Below, in pieces: positions 1 to 12,770 of a stretch of 64,000 bases of DNA. The first letter of the stretch is position 1. Each line of letters begins with the position of its first letter. Under the pieces are notes generated by a model that was given only the letters and a program-made list of their open reading frames with translations, was not told where the DNA came from and made no database searches. The DNA lies in NCBI RefSeq assembly GCF_006345805.1, contig NC_043001.1:111538001-111602000 (forward strand). The letters are read 5' to 3'. The position numbers were made by a program, and so were the translations under genes. The stretch comes from Octopus sinensis. Lineage: Eukaryota.

Positions 1-71
1 CCACATTTACACGTGAATTAATTGACATTAGAATTTGTAGTAATTTTAGCCTCCTGGTGTTCATGAAATAC

Positions 72-164
72 CTGTTAGTCGCCAAAAATGTGTCTGATTT
101 ACAGTGTTTTTCGCTTGAGTTCCAGTCAGAACTGCAAACTTCAGAGAGTAATGTCGATGTGTAG
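72..164 (-). CDS. Candidate internal exon 4 of an uncharacterised minus-strand gene, (S)THRHYSLKFAVLTGTQAKNTVNQTHFWRLT(G)
   Basis: 93 nt, acceptor cattttattcag, donor AG|gtattt, open phase 1 to 1; a second frame is also open; no recognised homology. Confidence 0.35.
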
Positions 165-591
165 CTGAATAAAATGTCTAGCCTCTAAATTTCCCCCAAT
201 AAAAAAACACTCTTGCATTTATTTTATGATGTTGAAGGCCTCTTACATTTTGGAAGATACAAGGGCCCATACATTACACGAATATTTTTAATTGTGAATT
301 TTAGTATAAACACCACGGATGCAGAAGTTTCCTTGAGACTCATTAAGTGTGTCACAAATTTCTGATCAGTTAATTAATAAGTACCCCCACTATATCATTG
401 TCAAATACTAGCCACGTCTTCCTCGACATGGGGGGAATGCTATAGTGAAATGCATATACCTACTTAGATGCGAGAGGTTAGAAATTGTGTGTATACGAGT
501 CCATTTATTATACAATTTACGCTAAAACCTTTAGAAATGTAGACAAACCCACGCAAAATTTCAAAAGTTGAGAACCAATTGTGTAACATAC

Positions 592-697
592 ATGAAATGA
601 AACTATCAAAAATATTGAGAAAAGATTCATAAACGTCAATATCAAAATCTGTGAGACTTCCAACCTTATGCAGTTTTTTAGTAGAAATACGAATCTC
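592..697 (-). CDS. Candidate exon 3, EIRISTKKLHKVGSLTDFDIDVYESFLNIFDSFIS
   Basis: Strong acceptor ttttctttcttcacag|G, donor CAT|gtatgt, phase 0 to 1; lies within the 464-742 ORF, which stays open to TAA|gtaggt at 464. Confidence 0.3.
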
Positions 698-1059
698 CTG
701 TGAAGAAAGAAAATCCTTTTCAATTTTATATATGTATGTCAATGTTATATAAAATGAATTCTGTCAGTGTTTGGCTGACTTGAAAAGAAAGAAAATATAG
801 ATTCAATAGTCAGAGTGCCTTAACTTAAAAATGACTTTGGATTTCTACAATTCTGATTTAGCGGCGTGTATTATTATTTATTTGTGGCATTTTCCCTCTT
901 GAAATATTGTGTTATATCTAACTTCATGCATTACTGAATTACATGTTTCATGGAAAAGGATGTCGTGACATGACTTTTTTTAGCATGCTAAAAAAAGTAA
1001 TGTCGCTTATAGTCATTTTACGAAGAGCAAAATTATCAGATAAAATATTGATTTCCAAT

Positions 1060-1262
1060 GTTAGTACTAGGCCAGCAATTGCACTGGAGTCAAGTACAAC
1101 GACACCAGTGTTCAACTGGTACTTGCTTCATCAATCTCTAAATGATGAAATGCAAATTTGACCCCGGCGGTGTTTGAACTCAAAGCATAAAGTCGGAAGA
1201 AATGGTTCTAAGCATTGTTTTGGGTGCGTTAAAGATGATGCCATCTTACCGTCTTATTATGC
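1060..1262 (-). mobile_element. Highly degenerate SINE family B copy
   Basis: ccccggcggtgtttgaactcaaagc resembles the family B body (ctcggcggaatttgaactcagaacg). Confidence 0.45.
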
Positions 1263-1369
1263 GATAAATCATTAATCTCTGAAATTGGAAATTAGAGATG
1301 GATGTGTTTGAATGAAAGATCAGAATTGAGGATATTTTGAAAACAATAGTAATGTCTTATCGATTTATA

Positions 1370-1762
1370 GGCGTAGGAGCGGCTGTGAGGTAAGTAGTTT
1401 TCTTACGAACCACAAGGTTCCGGGCTCAGTCCCACTGCGTGGCACCTTTGGCAAGTGTCTTCTACTATAGCCTCGGGCTGACCAAAGCCTTGTGAGTGAA
1501 TTTGACAGACGGAATTGGAAAGCCCGTCGTATATATGTATATGTATATATATATGTGTGTGTTTGTGTCTGTGTTTGTCTCCCCAACATCGCTTGACAAA
1601 CGATGCTGGTGTGTTTGTGTTCCCTTACCTTAGCGGTTCGGGAAAAGTGACCTATAGAATATGTACTTGGCTTACGATGAATAAGCCCTGCGGTCGATTT
1701 GCTCGAGTAAAGGCGTTGCTCCAGCAAGGCCGCAGTCACATAACTGAAACAAGTAAAAGAGC
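1370..1762 (+). mobile_element. tRNA-derived SINE family A, full length
   Basis: Head GGCGTAGGAG..GGTAAG, B-box-like GGTTCCGGGxTCAGTCCC, CCTTxGGCAAG core, tail CAGCAxGGCCGCAGTC..GACTGAAACAAGTAAAAGA; several copies in window. Confidence 0.9.
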
Positions 1763-2156
1763 ATAAGCTGCAAGGTATGTGTTTCAACGAAAAACATGAA
1801 ACTATAATGAATTTTAGGAGACATGCCATGATTGTATGTGCAATTCGTAATATTTTTGTTCCCTCTTTGTATTGGGTATTGATAACGTGAGTTTTATAAA
1901 CTTCGCCAAGGGAACCAAAGTATAGAAGAAGGATAACTTAAAACGTAACTCATTGAAGACATGCATAGAATATCTCATAATATCATTTTCACACCAGCAT
2001 TTCTTCACATGTTAGTTACTTTATGTCTTTCGTACAACACGAGATGATATTGCGTTTCAACAAATGTGACAGAACTTTAAAGTGACGATGCTTAACCTGG
2101 AGCCAAGACGATTGTTTTACGAACACAATCACGCGCTTATTAAAAAAAAGAAATAC

Positions 2157-2188
2157 CCTGAATTTGTAAAGGAATGCAAAATTTGTTA
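2157..2188 (-). CDS. Candidate 32-nt micro-exon 2, (L)TNFAFLYKFR
   Basis: Acceptor tttcattttatcttttag, donor AGG|gtattt, phase 1 to 0, which bridges the flanking candidate exons. Confidence 0.2.
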
Positions 2189-2284
2189 CTAAAAGATAAA
2201 ATGAAATAATAGTAATAGTAATATTAATAACAATAAGAATACTACTACTACTACTACTACTATTATTACTACTACTACTAATAA

Positions 2285-2334
<50 letters not shown>

Positions 2335-2526
2335 TTGATGAGAGCATTATCGCTGTGAAAACAACATCCATTCAGTGATTTATTTATTTATTAATTTTTT
2401 AAATACATATTTTACTTGTGAATTTGCGTTTGTACTCCGGGAGTGCATGCAATGAGCTTCTCTGCCCTAGGTTTAAGGAAAACATTCGGTGAGAAATGGA
2501 AGAAAATTTGAAGAAAGAAGGAAACA

Positions 2527-2661
<135 letters not shown>

Positions 2662-2999
2662 TAAAAGAAATACTTTTATTCAGTTTGCAGATTTATGCGC
2701 AGTGTGACAATTTTAGAAAAAGAAAAATGATGAAAATTTCGCTCGCGATATGACTGACACAGAAAAGATATAGAAAGGTGAAATACAATTCAAGATTAAT
2801 TGCATAATGCCAGTTTAGATATACGGACGTATACTCATAGCGAATTTAATTTAATTCCATTGACCTACATGGTTTTATAACAGTGAGCGAAATTATCTGA
2901 AAATCTACCACAACGCTTCCCTGTTAAAACAGTGAACACGTAACATCTTGGACGGTATTTGAGGCATTTTATTACATAATTACTCGGTTAAAAACTTAC

Positions 3000-3141
3000 A
3001 ACTCGTGATCACGATCTGTGATAAAACTTGTCTACTTGGACGCAATGTATTAAGAGTTAACTCAAAACAATCTACTTCTGCTGAGCTTTGCAGGTTCATA
3101 GATATGTATAAAACCAGTATTAAACAATCGAATATACACAT
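3000..3141 (-). CDS. Candidate first coding exon with a signal-peptide-like N-terminus, MCIFDCLILVLYISMNLQSSAEVDCFELTLNTLRPSRQVLSQIVITS
   Basis: ATG at 3141 with an in-frame upstream TAA; hydrophobic core then SSA|EV; consensus donor gtaagt at 2999; upstream acceptor tgtatcttccag near 3195. Confidence 0.35.
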
Positions 3142-4838
3142 CTTTTCATATCCTTACGTATCTTTCAAAAGTGCCAATTTATAATGACTGAGGCCTGGAA
3201 GATACATGCTAGATATTCAGAAACACACTGTTCTTGCCATTTAAACATTTATTATTCTTATTATGGTTTCAAAATGTTCTTCCCACAAAACTGCGCTCTG
3301 ATCACAGATAACATTGAAATTATTAGTCTTATTGTGATTCTGAATGGCCGGCATATGTTTTTCAGGCTACAATCGCTTTAGTTTCAACATGCGGTCTCAG
3401 ATAAAAAAATATTTCCCATTGCAAGCATGTCTCCATAATGACCCCCATCTAATGATAGTTGTAAAGTCATAGACAGCTATAAACAAGGCATATAAGCTTG
3501 GTTATATCAAGTAAGCATGGTCTATTTCAGTAATATGAAAACGTAATAGTATTTAACGGATCAGTAGTGAGTACAATGTAGTGTTAATTACATGCTGTAC
3601 AGTCCAAAAGGAACATCTAAATGTGAGACATAATCTATACTGAATGAAACCAAGCTCTCGAGGAATTACAAGCGACACACTCCTCAGTATCAACATTGAA
3701 ATGACCTTCAAGGAAAGCACTACAAAGCATGTGAAATATGAAGGCACCTTCATTCAACAAGAACGTACAACACGTATCCAATTCATAAAGATTCGATGAA
3801 CAAAATAATAATTGTCCACATCTTCCACCAAATTACTAATTTGATTGTTAAGTTATTCGCTTCTGTATCATTCCGCTGAGATATGTATCCCTCAGTAATA
3901 TAGGAGGTAATGGCAAATGAGGGTTGATCTGGTCACCAGACATCGGAAAGTTAGTGTTGACGTTTTCTATAGTCAGCATACCCAACACAATGATTTATAG
4001 CGTATTAAGTATTTCTCGATGACAAGAAAAACGATTGAAACCCTACAAATAACGATTGAAACGAAAGCAAACTTATTGATTTTCTGTTACTGAAATCGTT
4101 TCATGATATTCTCTCCTTATCCTCTGACAAAAGAATGTCGTGATTTTTATGAATTTTACAATAAATAAATATAGTCATGTACATTATCGCAATGAATATT
4201 AAATATACTTGAAACATCTAGAAGTCTACATCCTTTATCATCTTTTAAGCCCCCGATCATAACGTAAATGCTATAAACAATACACAACACATTACTTGGT
4301 GGATATTCTACTCGTATTTCTTTCAAGTTATCACGCCACGTTGAATTTATTTAGAAAATATCAGCTTTCCCTGAAGCCATATTTGTCAAGAAGAGCTTGA
4401 GAGATCACAGTTTATTGAAAAGTTTAAACCATACCGTGATATGTCTAGTGTTGCTCTACCACTGTCAACAAAGGACACACTTCCTGTTACACTAAATGTA
4501 TTATATTTTCAATTGATTTAAATTATTATTTGGATCCGAATTGAATATTAAGCTATTTTCTTTTAAACATTATAAATAGATAATTATTGAAAGTGTCTAA
4601 TTGTCCTTGTATATGTTAAACGTTCTTATTACCACAGGTCTATTATTAAATTCCATCTATTCATTTCATCAAATATTCTAACAAATGTTTGAGTTTCATG
4701 CAAAACATATCTCTGAATATTATTTCCATATATTGTGTATAATCAAACAATAGACGACGTACATGGTCACTGAATTTTCTAACAATAGAAGCAGAAACCC
4801 ATCTTAACGTCTTAAACAGAGGTGCAAACTAATATATT

Positions 4839-5256
4839 CTTTACTCTTTTACTCTTTTACTTGTTTCAGTCATTTGACTGCGGCCATGCTGGAGCACCGT
4901 CTTTAGTCGAGCAAATCGACCCCGGGACTTATTCTTTGTAAGCCCAGTACTTATTCTATCGGTCTCTTTTGCCGAACCGCTAAGTGACGGGGACGTAAAC
5001 ACACCAGCATCGGTTGTCAAGCAATGCTAGGGGGACAAACACAGACACACAAACATATACACACACACACTTATATATATATATACATATATACAACAGG
5101 TTTCTTTCAGTTTCCGTCTACCAAATCCACTCACAAGACTTTGGTCGGCCCGGAGCTATAGCAGAAGACACTTGCCCAAGATGCCACGCAGTGGGACTGA
5201 ACCCGGAACCATGTGGTTGGTTAGCAAGCTACCTACCACACAGCCACTCCTGCGCC
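4839..5256 (-). mobile_element. SINE family A, full length
   Basis: Reverse complement of the 1370-1762 element with an (AGTAAAAG)n tail. Confidence 0.92.
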
Positions 5257-5351
5257 TATGTTTCTAAATATTTTTTTAAATATTGTTGGAAGATATTGAT
5301 TATAGGTCTCCTCTACCAGAACTATCCAGGGATTCAACAGTCTCTACTAAG

Positions 5352-5382
<31 letters not shown>

Positions 5383-6954
5383 CCACCTCAACACAACATA
5401 TGATCAAAAATATCTGTAAAATATCTAACTTATTTTTTTATACATAAATTACGTGTGACAAACTCCTCTGATAGTTCCAAAGAACGGACAGACACTGAGA
5501 CATATCTCTTTGACGATACCTTTATTGGTAATACAATTGCTGTCGATTTTGCTAGGGTTTTTTGTTGTTGTTGTTATTGATTTCCTTATTGGTTAAAACA
5601 GGCCAACTACAACGGAATACGACGACGACCAGAAGCATTTCCGCCTTCTTATCTCGTCTATTACCATACAGTTTTTGCAAGATTACATTATGAAATGTGA
5701 TATATATATATATATTTTAAATAACAGCTTGCAACTTGAAGCAGGTTTCGCTCTTATTTTACGATGTGGAGTGATCACTTAGCAACCATGATTTTCTCAG
5801 CAATCTTGTTTAAATGAATGGGTATGAGATATTTCTAAATAATGCTCATTAAGAAAATCATACCTTTTAATTTTTTTTTTCCTTTTGGTTCTCTTGTCTT
5901 GCTATTTTATTTAAATTTATTTTTTCCGAAACGAATATTGATATAATAATAATAACGATGTATCAAATATCTTCAAAGAAGGTTTTAATACTTTAATTTG
6001 TATTGAGGTGGGAAGGGCATTCAGCAAAACCGCAACAAGTGGAACAAGAAAGACATGCTCTATATAAAATCAAATATATCATTCAGTTTTAGTTTTATAT
6101 CATAGTGTATCACATGTTATATAATCAAATGTGTCCTTCCCCTAATTACTTTGGGACATAAAGTGCATTTTGTGCACGATCTGGTGACAGTCTGTAGCAT
6201 GTTGACACACCATATTGAATATCGCTGAATAAAAGAAATGCGTTAGATCTTAAAATATATCAATGAAAATATATTTTATCCAGAAACAAACGTATTGATT
6301 ATCTTTGGATTACTACTTGAATGTTTCGTTCGATTTTTCATAGAATAAAAGCAAGACTATAAAGTTTGAACTGAAAAGTGTGAATGTATATTGGCTGAGG
6401 GAGAAACACAACATGGGCATCATTTTATTTTCTACTTCAACACATAATAATAATATTTGCTTCCCGCGTAAAATGTCTGTTATGAGTTCGGATAGGTCAA
6501 TAATATTTCCATAGGTCACGCTGTATTTTCAGATCAGTGTTCGATATATCGATTTGTGTGTGAAAAGAAAAAAATGTATTATATGTGTTTATTATACGTT
6601 TTTGCATGCAACCGATATAATTTAATGAGTAGAGCAAGAGGACGATGAAGGGATTTCTCTGTCATCGTCACCTACAATTCGCTTATATTTCGTCACATTC
6701 TCGTTATTTGAGGAAATATTTATATTTCTTTTACATTCTTATTTTCATTCTTAAATATTTCATTACACCCATTCTGACCCTTCTTTCACGTGTATTTTTA
6801 TTAATATCATCCTCACTCGCCCTCGCTAAATTACTTTCGAAATTCTATTTAACTCCCTCAGTCAACTCTACCACTGTGTGTCGAAATATATGAATGTATA
6901 CAATCTATAAGCATACAAACATACATAAATACACACGCTTACATATATTTATAT

Positions 6955-6955
6955 A

Positions 6956-7008
<53 letters not shown>
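6955..7008. repeat. (GT)n microsatellite
   Basis: Seen directly. Confidence 0.95.
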
Positions 7009-7009
<1 letters not shown>

Positions 7010-7261
7010 GTGTTTGCGTGTGTGTCTGTTTTGAGCATAAACAATCTCTTTCTGTAAGAATCAAACTAGCTGCAGCCATGTCAATAGTTCACAATTCTGA
7101 ATGGTTTAGTTTCAAACGCTCCGCGTTTTTCTTCTTTACATTTTATATTCTAGAATATCAACAATCGTTCTCTTTATGTGTCTCATTCTCTCTCTAGCTC
7201 TCCCTGTTTCACTCCTTCTCTCTCTTTCTTTCTCTCCCTATGTGTATGTCTGTCTGTCTGT

Positions 7262-7380
7262 CTCGGCAAAAGAACCCTACAGAATAAGTACCAGGCTTTG
7301 GAAATCAAAAGCACTAAGTTTGAGTCATTCCACTGAAAGAAATTTTAGGTGATGCACCAGTATGGCCGCAGTTTAAAGAC
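7262..7380 (+). mobile_element. Degenerate 3' fragment of SINE family A
   Basis: cggcaaaaga..agaataagtacc..cagtatggccgcagt. Confidence 0.5.
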
Positions 7381-7411
7381 AACAACAAACAGCAGATAAG
7401 ATATATATATA

Positions 7412-7446
<35 letters not shown>

Positions 7447-7553
7447 ACGGATGCTTTACACCTGGTGGCTTACAGGTAAAGCACAGTCATTTTCAGAGTG
7501 ATGGTTAGGTATATAGCAAATTCTAACACATTCCATCTTCTGTCTTTCATTTG

Positions 7554-7613
<60 letters not shown>

Positions 7614-8879
7614 TTGCATGGAAGCGTATATATATAAAACAGCATGTGTTGAACAAAGTGATGTTGAGTTTCCTCCGACTACATCGTAGTCTTGCCTCTT
7701 GTATAGATTAACGTTTTTTGTCGGAAAAAATATGATATTGTGTGAATTACTAAAATATAATTTTTTGTGCCTGTTACAAAAAAAATGTGATATTGTGTCA
7801 GGTAATTATAAGCTATATTGTTCGTATTATAAAATGGTGCCATGGATTTTAGAAACGAAAATTGAATGAGTGACATAAATAGAAATAGAATTTAATATAT
7901 CATTTAGAAATCTTATTATCGAGAATTGATAGAGCAAGAAAATTTGATTTCTGTCTGATATGAAAAGATGTAGCGTCTTTAAACATATAACCTTGTTTTA
8001 GGGCAATGGGAAACTGTGCTTTCTTTACAAACGGTTTCCTAGAAAGAAATCAATCTTCTTTTATAGAGATATATTTAATAACTCTTGTAGAGAATTACTA
8101 TTTTTAAGAAAGATATTAGGAAGTTTTATTTTAAAGAACATCCTTAACATCAATCAAGTTAAATGTAGCTGATAAACGAAATTTTATTAAATCATTCCAC
8201 AGAAAATCTTGTAGGAAGAGTTATTGTTGCACAGTTTTTGCACTACGCCATTAAATTTTCATTTCTCTATTTATTCGTTTATTTGTACCATCTTCATCAT
8301 TTTAACACATAAAAAAATGAAGTTTCAAAAAGTCATATTTCAAGTCAGACAATATACAATTAATCTTTAAGCAAAGTACGAAGCCAAGATATTAATAAAA
8401 ATAATAACAATATTTGGTAAGAAGCATTTCTTTTGTAGCATACGTGTTTTATAAGCAGTTTATGAATTGAGATTGAACAAGTTTAATACCCCACATGAAC
8501 AGCAATATATTCTTTGTATGCTCGCCACTGAATATCAACACATATTAAGACAAGCCATCAACAATATACAAAGGAGAAATATAATATCAGTCTCCAGGAT
8601 GTAACAGGGTTTTACTGAAGCATACTTATAGCAGAAATAGTGAAATTAATTTGTAGGAAGTGAGGTTGGCACTGGAAGGGTGCCTCAGAATTCCTTACTT
8701 AGTCGTGGAAAGGAAAATAGCGGGAACAAGAATCTCCTAACAAATAACAGTATGTGGTGAAAGCCGCGGAGTCGGTTTAATCACAATTGTGAAGACATTT
8801 TTCACAGATTCACCGAAGACGTAGATCGCCTTCAGAATTCCAGCCACACGGAGCTGGTCAAGTGGCGTCCGTCTCGGTT

Positions 8880-9030
8880 GGCAGCACGGGCGAAGAGAGA
8901 CAATGGCGGTCAAGTCTAGCTGCAGCTGATGTCTGCGCATGCGCATAAGGGGCTTCCGGAAGGCTCTAATCTCTGCGATGCGTGGATGAAAATCCCTAAA
9001 TGGCGCCTGGAACCAGGCGTCACTATAAAT
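8880..9030. promoter_or_regulatory. Putative (bidirectional) housekeeping-type promoter in a CpG-rich island
   Basis: Perfect TGCGCATGCGCA (8934-8945, NRF1/EWG consensus), CTTCCGGAAG palindrome (8953-8962, ETS core on both strands), two YY1-like ATGGCG sites (8901-8910, 8998-9007), TATAAAT (9024-9030); CpG density far above the flanks. Confidence 0.5.
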
Positions 9031-9822
9031 TAAACAATGAATTGTCACAAGATATACAATTCTCCAGCGTCGAAAAGACATCATTGTCCTTAGCACTACT
9101 CTCCGTCCTTCAGTGCCAGAACGTTGGTCCTCTGAAATTCTAACTATCCTGAAGGGGTACGTTTACAAAGAGCCAAAGAAGAACATTAACGACACCTGTC
9201 TAGGGGTGCCAACCAAGACACGAGCACTACATCGTCTTTCAGGCAAAGAATGTCAAATATGTAACGCAGTCTAAATAACAGCACATAAATTTAGAAATTA
9301 AATAAATTAGCATAAAATGTTAACTAGATTTAACATAACCAATAAATGATTAAAATTTAAAACATGAAATTTAATAATCTAAAAAAATGATTATTGAATA
9401 AGAGGTTTAAAATGCATAGAATTAGCAAAAATATATTTTCCAAAGCGAATAATATTGTTGAGAACTAATCTGTCTCGTTAGAGGAATATTTCAAAGAAAA
9501 TAGTTTCCAGAAAGTATCATAGCAGCTAATCTGGGATTTACAGTAGACAATTTCGAAATTGAATTGGTCCAGGCATTGACAATATCCAAAATTCTTTGGC
9601 TGTTTCTTACTTCATGAGCGGTATTTTTAGACAAAGTCTACATTGGCCATCCGTTGAAACAACTCGGTCAGTGTACAAATGAAATTCACTGATGATAGAA
9701 CAGCAAATAATGTCCGGAAAAGATTGAGAGGTGACGCATTTCATCACTATATCAATCTAGTCTAGTGGTTATTTATAAAATACTTTCCAAAATACTAAGT
9801 GCATATTTTTAGTCAATATCTA

Positions 9823-10129
9823 GGCGTAGGAGTGGCTGTGTGGTAAGTAGGTTGCTTACGAACGACATGGTTCCGGGTTCAGTCTCACTATGTGGCACCT
9901 TGGGCAAGTGTCTTCTACTTAAGCCTCGGGCCGACCAAAGACTTATGAGTGGATTTGGTAGATAGAAACTGAAAAAAGACCGTCGTATACTTAGCTGTTG
10001 GGCAAAAGAGCCCCATAGAATAAGTACTAGGCATCCAAAGAATAAGTCTTGGGGTCGACTTGCTCGACTAAAGGCAGTGCTCCAGCATGACCATAGTCAA
10101 ATGACTGAAAAAGTAAAAAAGTAAAAGAG
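9823..10129 (+). mobile_element. SINE family A, internally deleted
   Basis: Head and tail present, middle missing relative to 1370-1762. Confidence 0.85.
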
Positions 10130-10729
10130 TCTCTCTCCTACAAGCTATAGAGTTGAAAAGCTGTTACCGAAGCATTAAACAAGTGGCTAATCATCTCAGT
10201 GCAAACAATATTTTGCAAATAGCACGCTAAGAAACAAAGTGGTGCTCATATGACAACTGTTTTTCAGAAGAGAGCAATTCGAAGTAACCATAAAAAAATT
10301 AATATGCAGCCAGGCTACAATTAGCATCTATTTTTTTCGACAAAATTATCAATCCCGTACTAATTGTACTTACAGCAAGGTTAAACGCCTACAGCATTTC
10401 GCAAGTAGCACGCTAATAAACAAAGCAACTATACAGGTGAATTAAAATATTAAGGCAAATAAGAAATATGTTAATCATTCCATTTGTAGTTGCTACAAGA
10501 ATGATCTAAAAGCACGTCTGTAACTACATTAAAAATTGTTGCCTATAGCAATAGATTTTACGAGGTTCTAAAACAATATCAACGCTAACAGATGTAAATA
10601 GTCGTAAATTACTATTATACTGTATTAAATCTGTCCAAGTTTGTCTAGGTGTACTTAATAGTTGTTTTCAAATGAAATACATTAAATGTATTTCAATTAC
10701 ACTCAATAACAATGATAATAATTTTGATT

Positions 10730-10929
10730 TTAAATGTTGGTACAAGGCCAAGAATTTCGAGGAAGAATGTAAGCGGATTACATCTACACCAGGGCTAAAA
10801 TGGTACCTAGTTTATCAACCCTGAAAGTCAAAGTCGGCCTCTATGCAATTTGAATTCAGAACGTAATGAGCGTCGAATTGCCGCTAAGCGTTTTGTCCAG
10901 CGTGCTAACGATTCTGCCACCCCGATGCC
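10730..10929 (-). mobile_element. SINE family B (Deu/Nin-like central domain), degenerate
   Basis: Reverse of head GGCAGAATCGTTAGCACG and body TTCTGAATTCAAAT..GACTTT..TTTCAGGGTTGATAAAA. Confidence 0.7.
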
Positions 10930-10967
10930 TAAACAATGACGATAATATTATTTACAGCTATTCTTAA

Positions 10968-11105
10968 GGCGGTGAGCTGGCGCAATTGTTTGCACACCGC
11001 CTTCACGTTCTAGGTTCAAATTCTGCCGGGGTCGACTTTGCCTTTCATCCCTTCGGCGTCGGTAAACTAAGTACCAGTCAAGTACTGGGGTCGATGTGAT
11101 CGATT
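10968..11105 (+). mobile_element. SINE family B, partially deleted
   Basis: GGCGGTGAGCTGGC..GGTTCAAATTCTGCCGGGGTCGACTTTGCCTTTCATCCCTTCGG; GCCTTTCATCCTTxCGGGGTCGATAAA resembles the Deu/Nin SINE domain as recalled. Confidence 0.8.
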
Positions 11106-11106
11106 G

Positions 11107-12267
11107 AAAGAGTGTGGCGCAGCAATCTTCGCTATAGACTCTGCCAACCGGCGGATCCATCCCACACGTGACAGCAGCTGTTCAGCATAACCCCACAAGT
11201 CAGCAATGATTGGACACTAAACGAGGGTGTGCAGAATGGTTCCGTCACTCTACGAGCACATCGGACAAGTCCGTCTGACATCACATTCTTGCCAGTAGAA
11301 TTTATCTCGAACTGGTACCGCGCCCCGGTAGCACTGCCAGGACATGGACATCTGGAAATTATTCATAATAGATCCCAACCGTAAAGTTCTCCGGAACAGA
11401 TTAACCAGTTCGTTCTCGTCGGCGCCTAGAGTCTCACCGTACTTCCATGCCAGTAATCCTCTATGAATTTCTAACGATGAATATCCACTGATCCCATCGC
11501 CTGACTGGTAGGGGGTTGTGAGCGCTTGACGACACTGCTGGTGCCAGACGCCCAGTCTTGGACTTTTCTTTACCCACGACTGCAGCTCTGTCATGGAAAC
11601 GAGCTGCGGAAAAACGAGCCTTACAAACGGATCCCACACACGCTCACCTTCCAGAAATCGTGGAAGGTGGCGTAATGTAAGTGTGTATCTGCGCATTCGC
11701 AGCCGCGGCATACCTAATCAGCCACTCAGTGGATGCTGGCAACAGACTGACCGCCTGAACAATGGAATGCGTCCCTTGCACAAGAATTTAGGTTAGAGAC
11801 GCTCCAGCCTGGTCAAGCAAATACCGGGGAAAGGCACGATGGTCAGGCGATAAATGATAACGGAGGCGATGTAAGCATTCGCACCTCTGCCGACATTTCA
11901 GGGAAAGCTTTCTTTCAGCCCGTTTCTGGGTAAGAGTGGCCACCCTGTTCGCCACCTCGGCGAGTTCTTATCAGTCTGGAGGTCGGGACCAAACCAGACT
12001 TCGAGCACTTTAACTGGTCCGTCGGTCCAGCGTCCGACGACGCCACCCGATGGCATCGTCCTTTCTCTCCTGGAGCCCAGACGCAAACCATCCGATTTCT
12101 CGGCGTTGATTTTAGCCCCTGCAACCGACTCATATTCCTTTAAGATGGTGCCGACCGTCTCCACTTCGGAGGCATCTGACACCATGACGGTGACATCGTA
12201 TGCTGATATTACCCTTCCTTGTCCTAGTTCGAAAGGGATGCCCTTTAGCTGTTCCAACTTCCGCAGT
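11107..12267 (-). mobile_element. L1/Tx1-clade non-LTR retrotransposon fragment (RT C-terminal half plus zf-RVT region), frameshifted pseudogene
   Basis: ISAY(A)DVTV (YADD decayed), GAKINAEKS.GLRLG, VKVLEVWFGPDL; downstream WQCYRGAVPVRDK..CPMCS..TILHTLV.CP..LW. Confidence 0.85.
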
Positions 12268-12327
12268 TGCAACAACAACAACAGCAACAACGATGAGAAC
12301 AACAACAACAACAACAACAACAACAAT

Positions 12328-12373
<46 letters not shown>

Positions 12374-12405
12374 TAATAATAATATAATAATAATATAATA
12401 ATAAT

Positions 12406-12467
<62 letters not shown>

Positions 12468-12473
12468 TAATAA
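12268..12473. repeat. (AAC)n(AAT)n compound microsatellite
   Basis: Seen directly. Confidence 0.95.
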
Positions 12474-12475
12474 TA

Positions 12476-12770
12476 GGCTCTCGTGGTTTCTGATCTTAAC
12501 TGATTGGAAGTGTTATCATGTACATTGTTTTGTCTTGGTATAAAAGATGGGCTACAGCAAATATTCTGCTCAATACCACAGATTTGCTTGCCAGTTACTT
12601 GACCTTAATTAGTTGAGCATGTCCCTTAGTGGCTGACAATATATGTATCTCTGATCGCGAGTAGAATTAGTGGGGAGTATCATAGCCATGGGTTGAGAGG
12701 AATACTTTGGGATTTGAATAATTCACCTCTCGAAACATGGGTGTGTGTTCAACATTCCTAAACAAACATG
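12476..12770 (+). mobile_element. Fragment of a LINE 3' region, probably R4/Dong-type; homologous to 35515-35946
   Basis: Shares GTTGAGCATGTCCCTTAGTGGCTGAC..TCTCTGATC.CGAG with 35520-35710; begins directly after an (AAT)n array; clade assignment from memory. Confidence 0.55.

Noticed and set aside
1365-1829. 154-aa ORF and similar ORFs at 5014, 31076 and 38580 sharing LWSARGYSRRHLPKVP
   Set aside because: Antisense or incidental frames of SINE family A.
9000-9020. TGGCGCC as an LTR primer-binding site
   Set aside because: Not preceded by a CA LTR end, does not continue as tRNA-Lys complement, and no LTR or pol sequence is nearby.
8737-9096. 119-aa minus ORF over the CpG island
   Set aside because: No recognisable motif; high GC keeps several frames open here, so a regulatory reading is preferred.
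9612-10408. Additional small minus-strand GT-AG-bounded open segments near 9612-9689 and 10370-10408
   Set aside because: Such segments are expected by chance in AT-rich DNA; no protein similarity.
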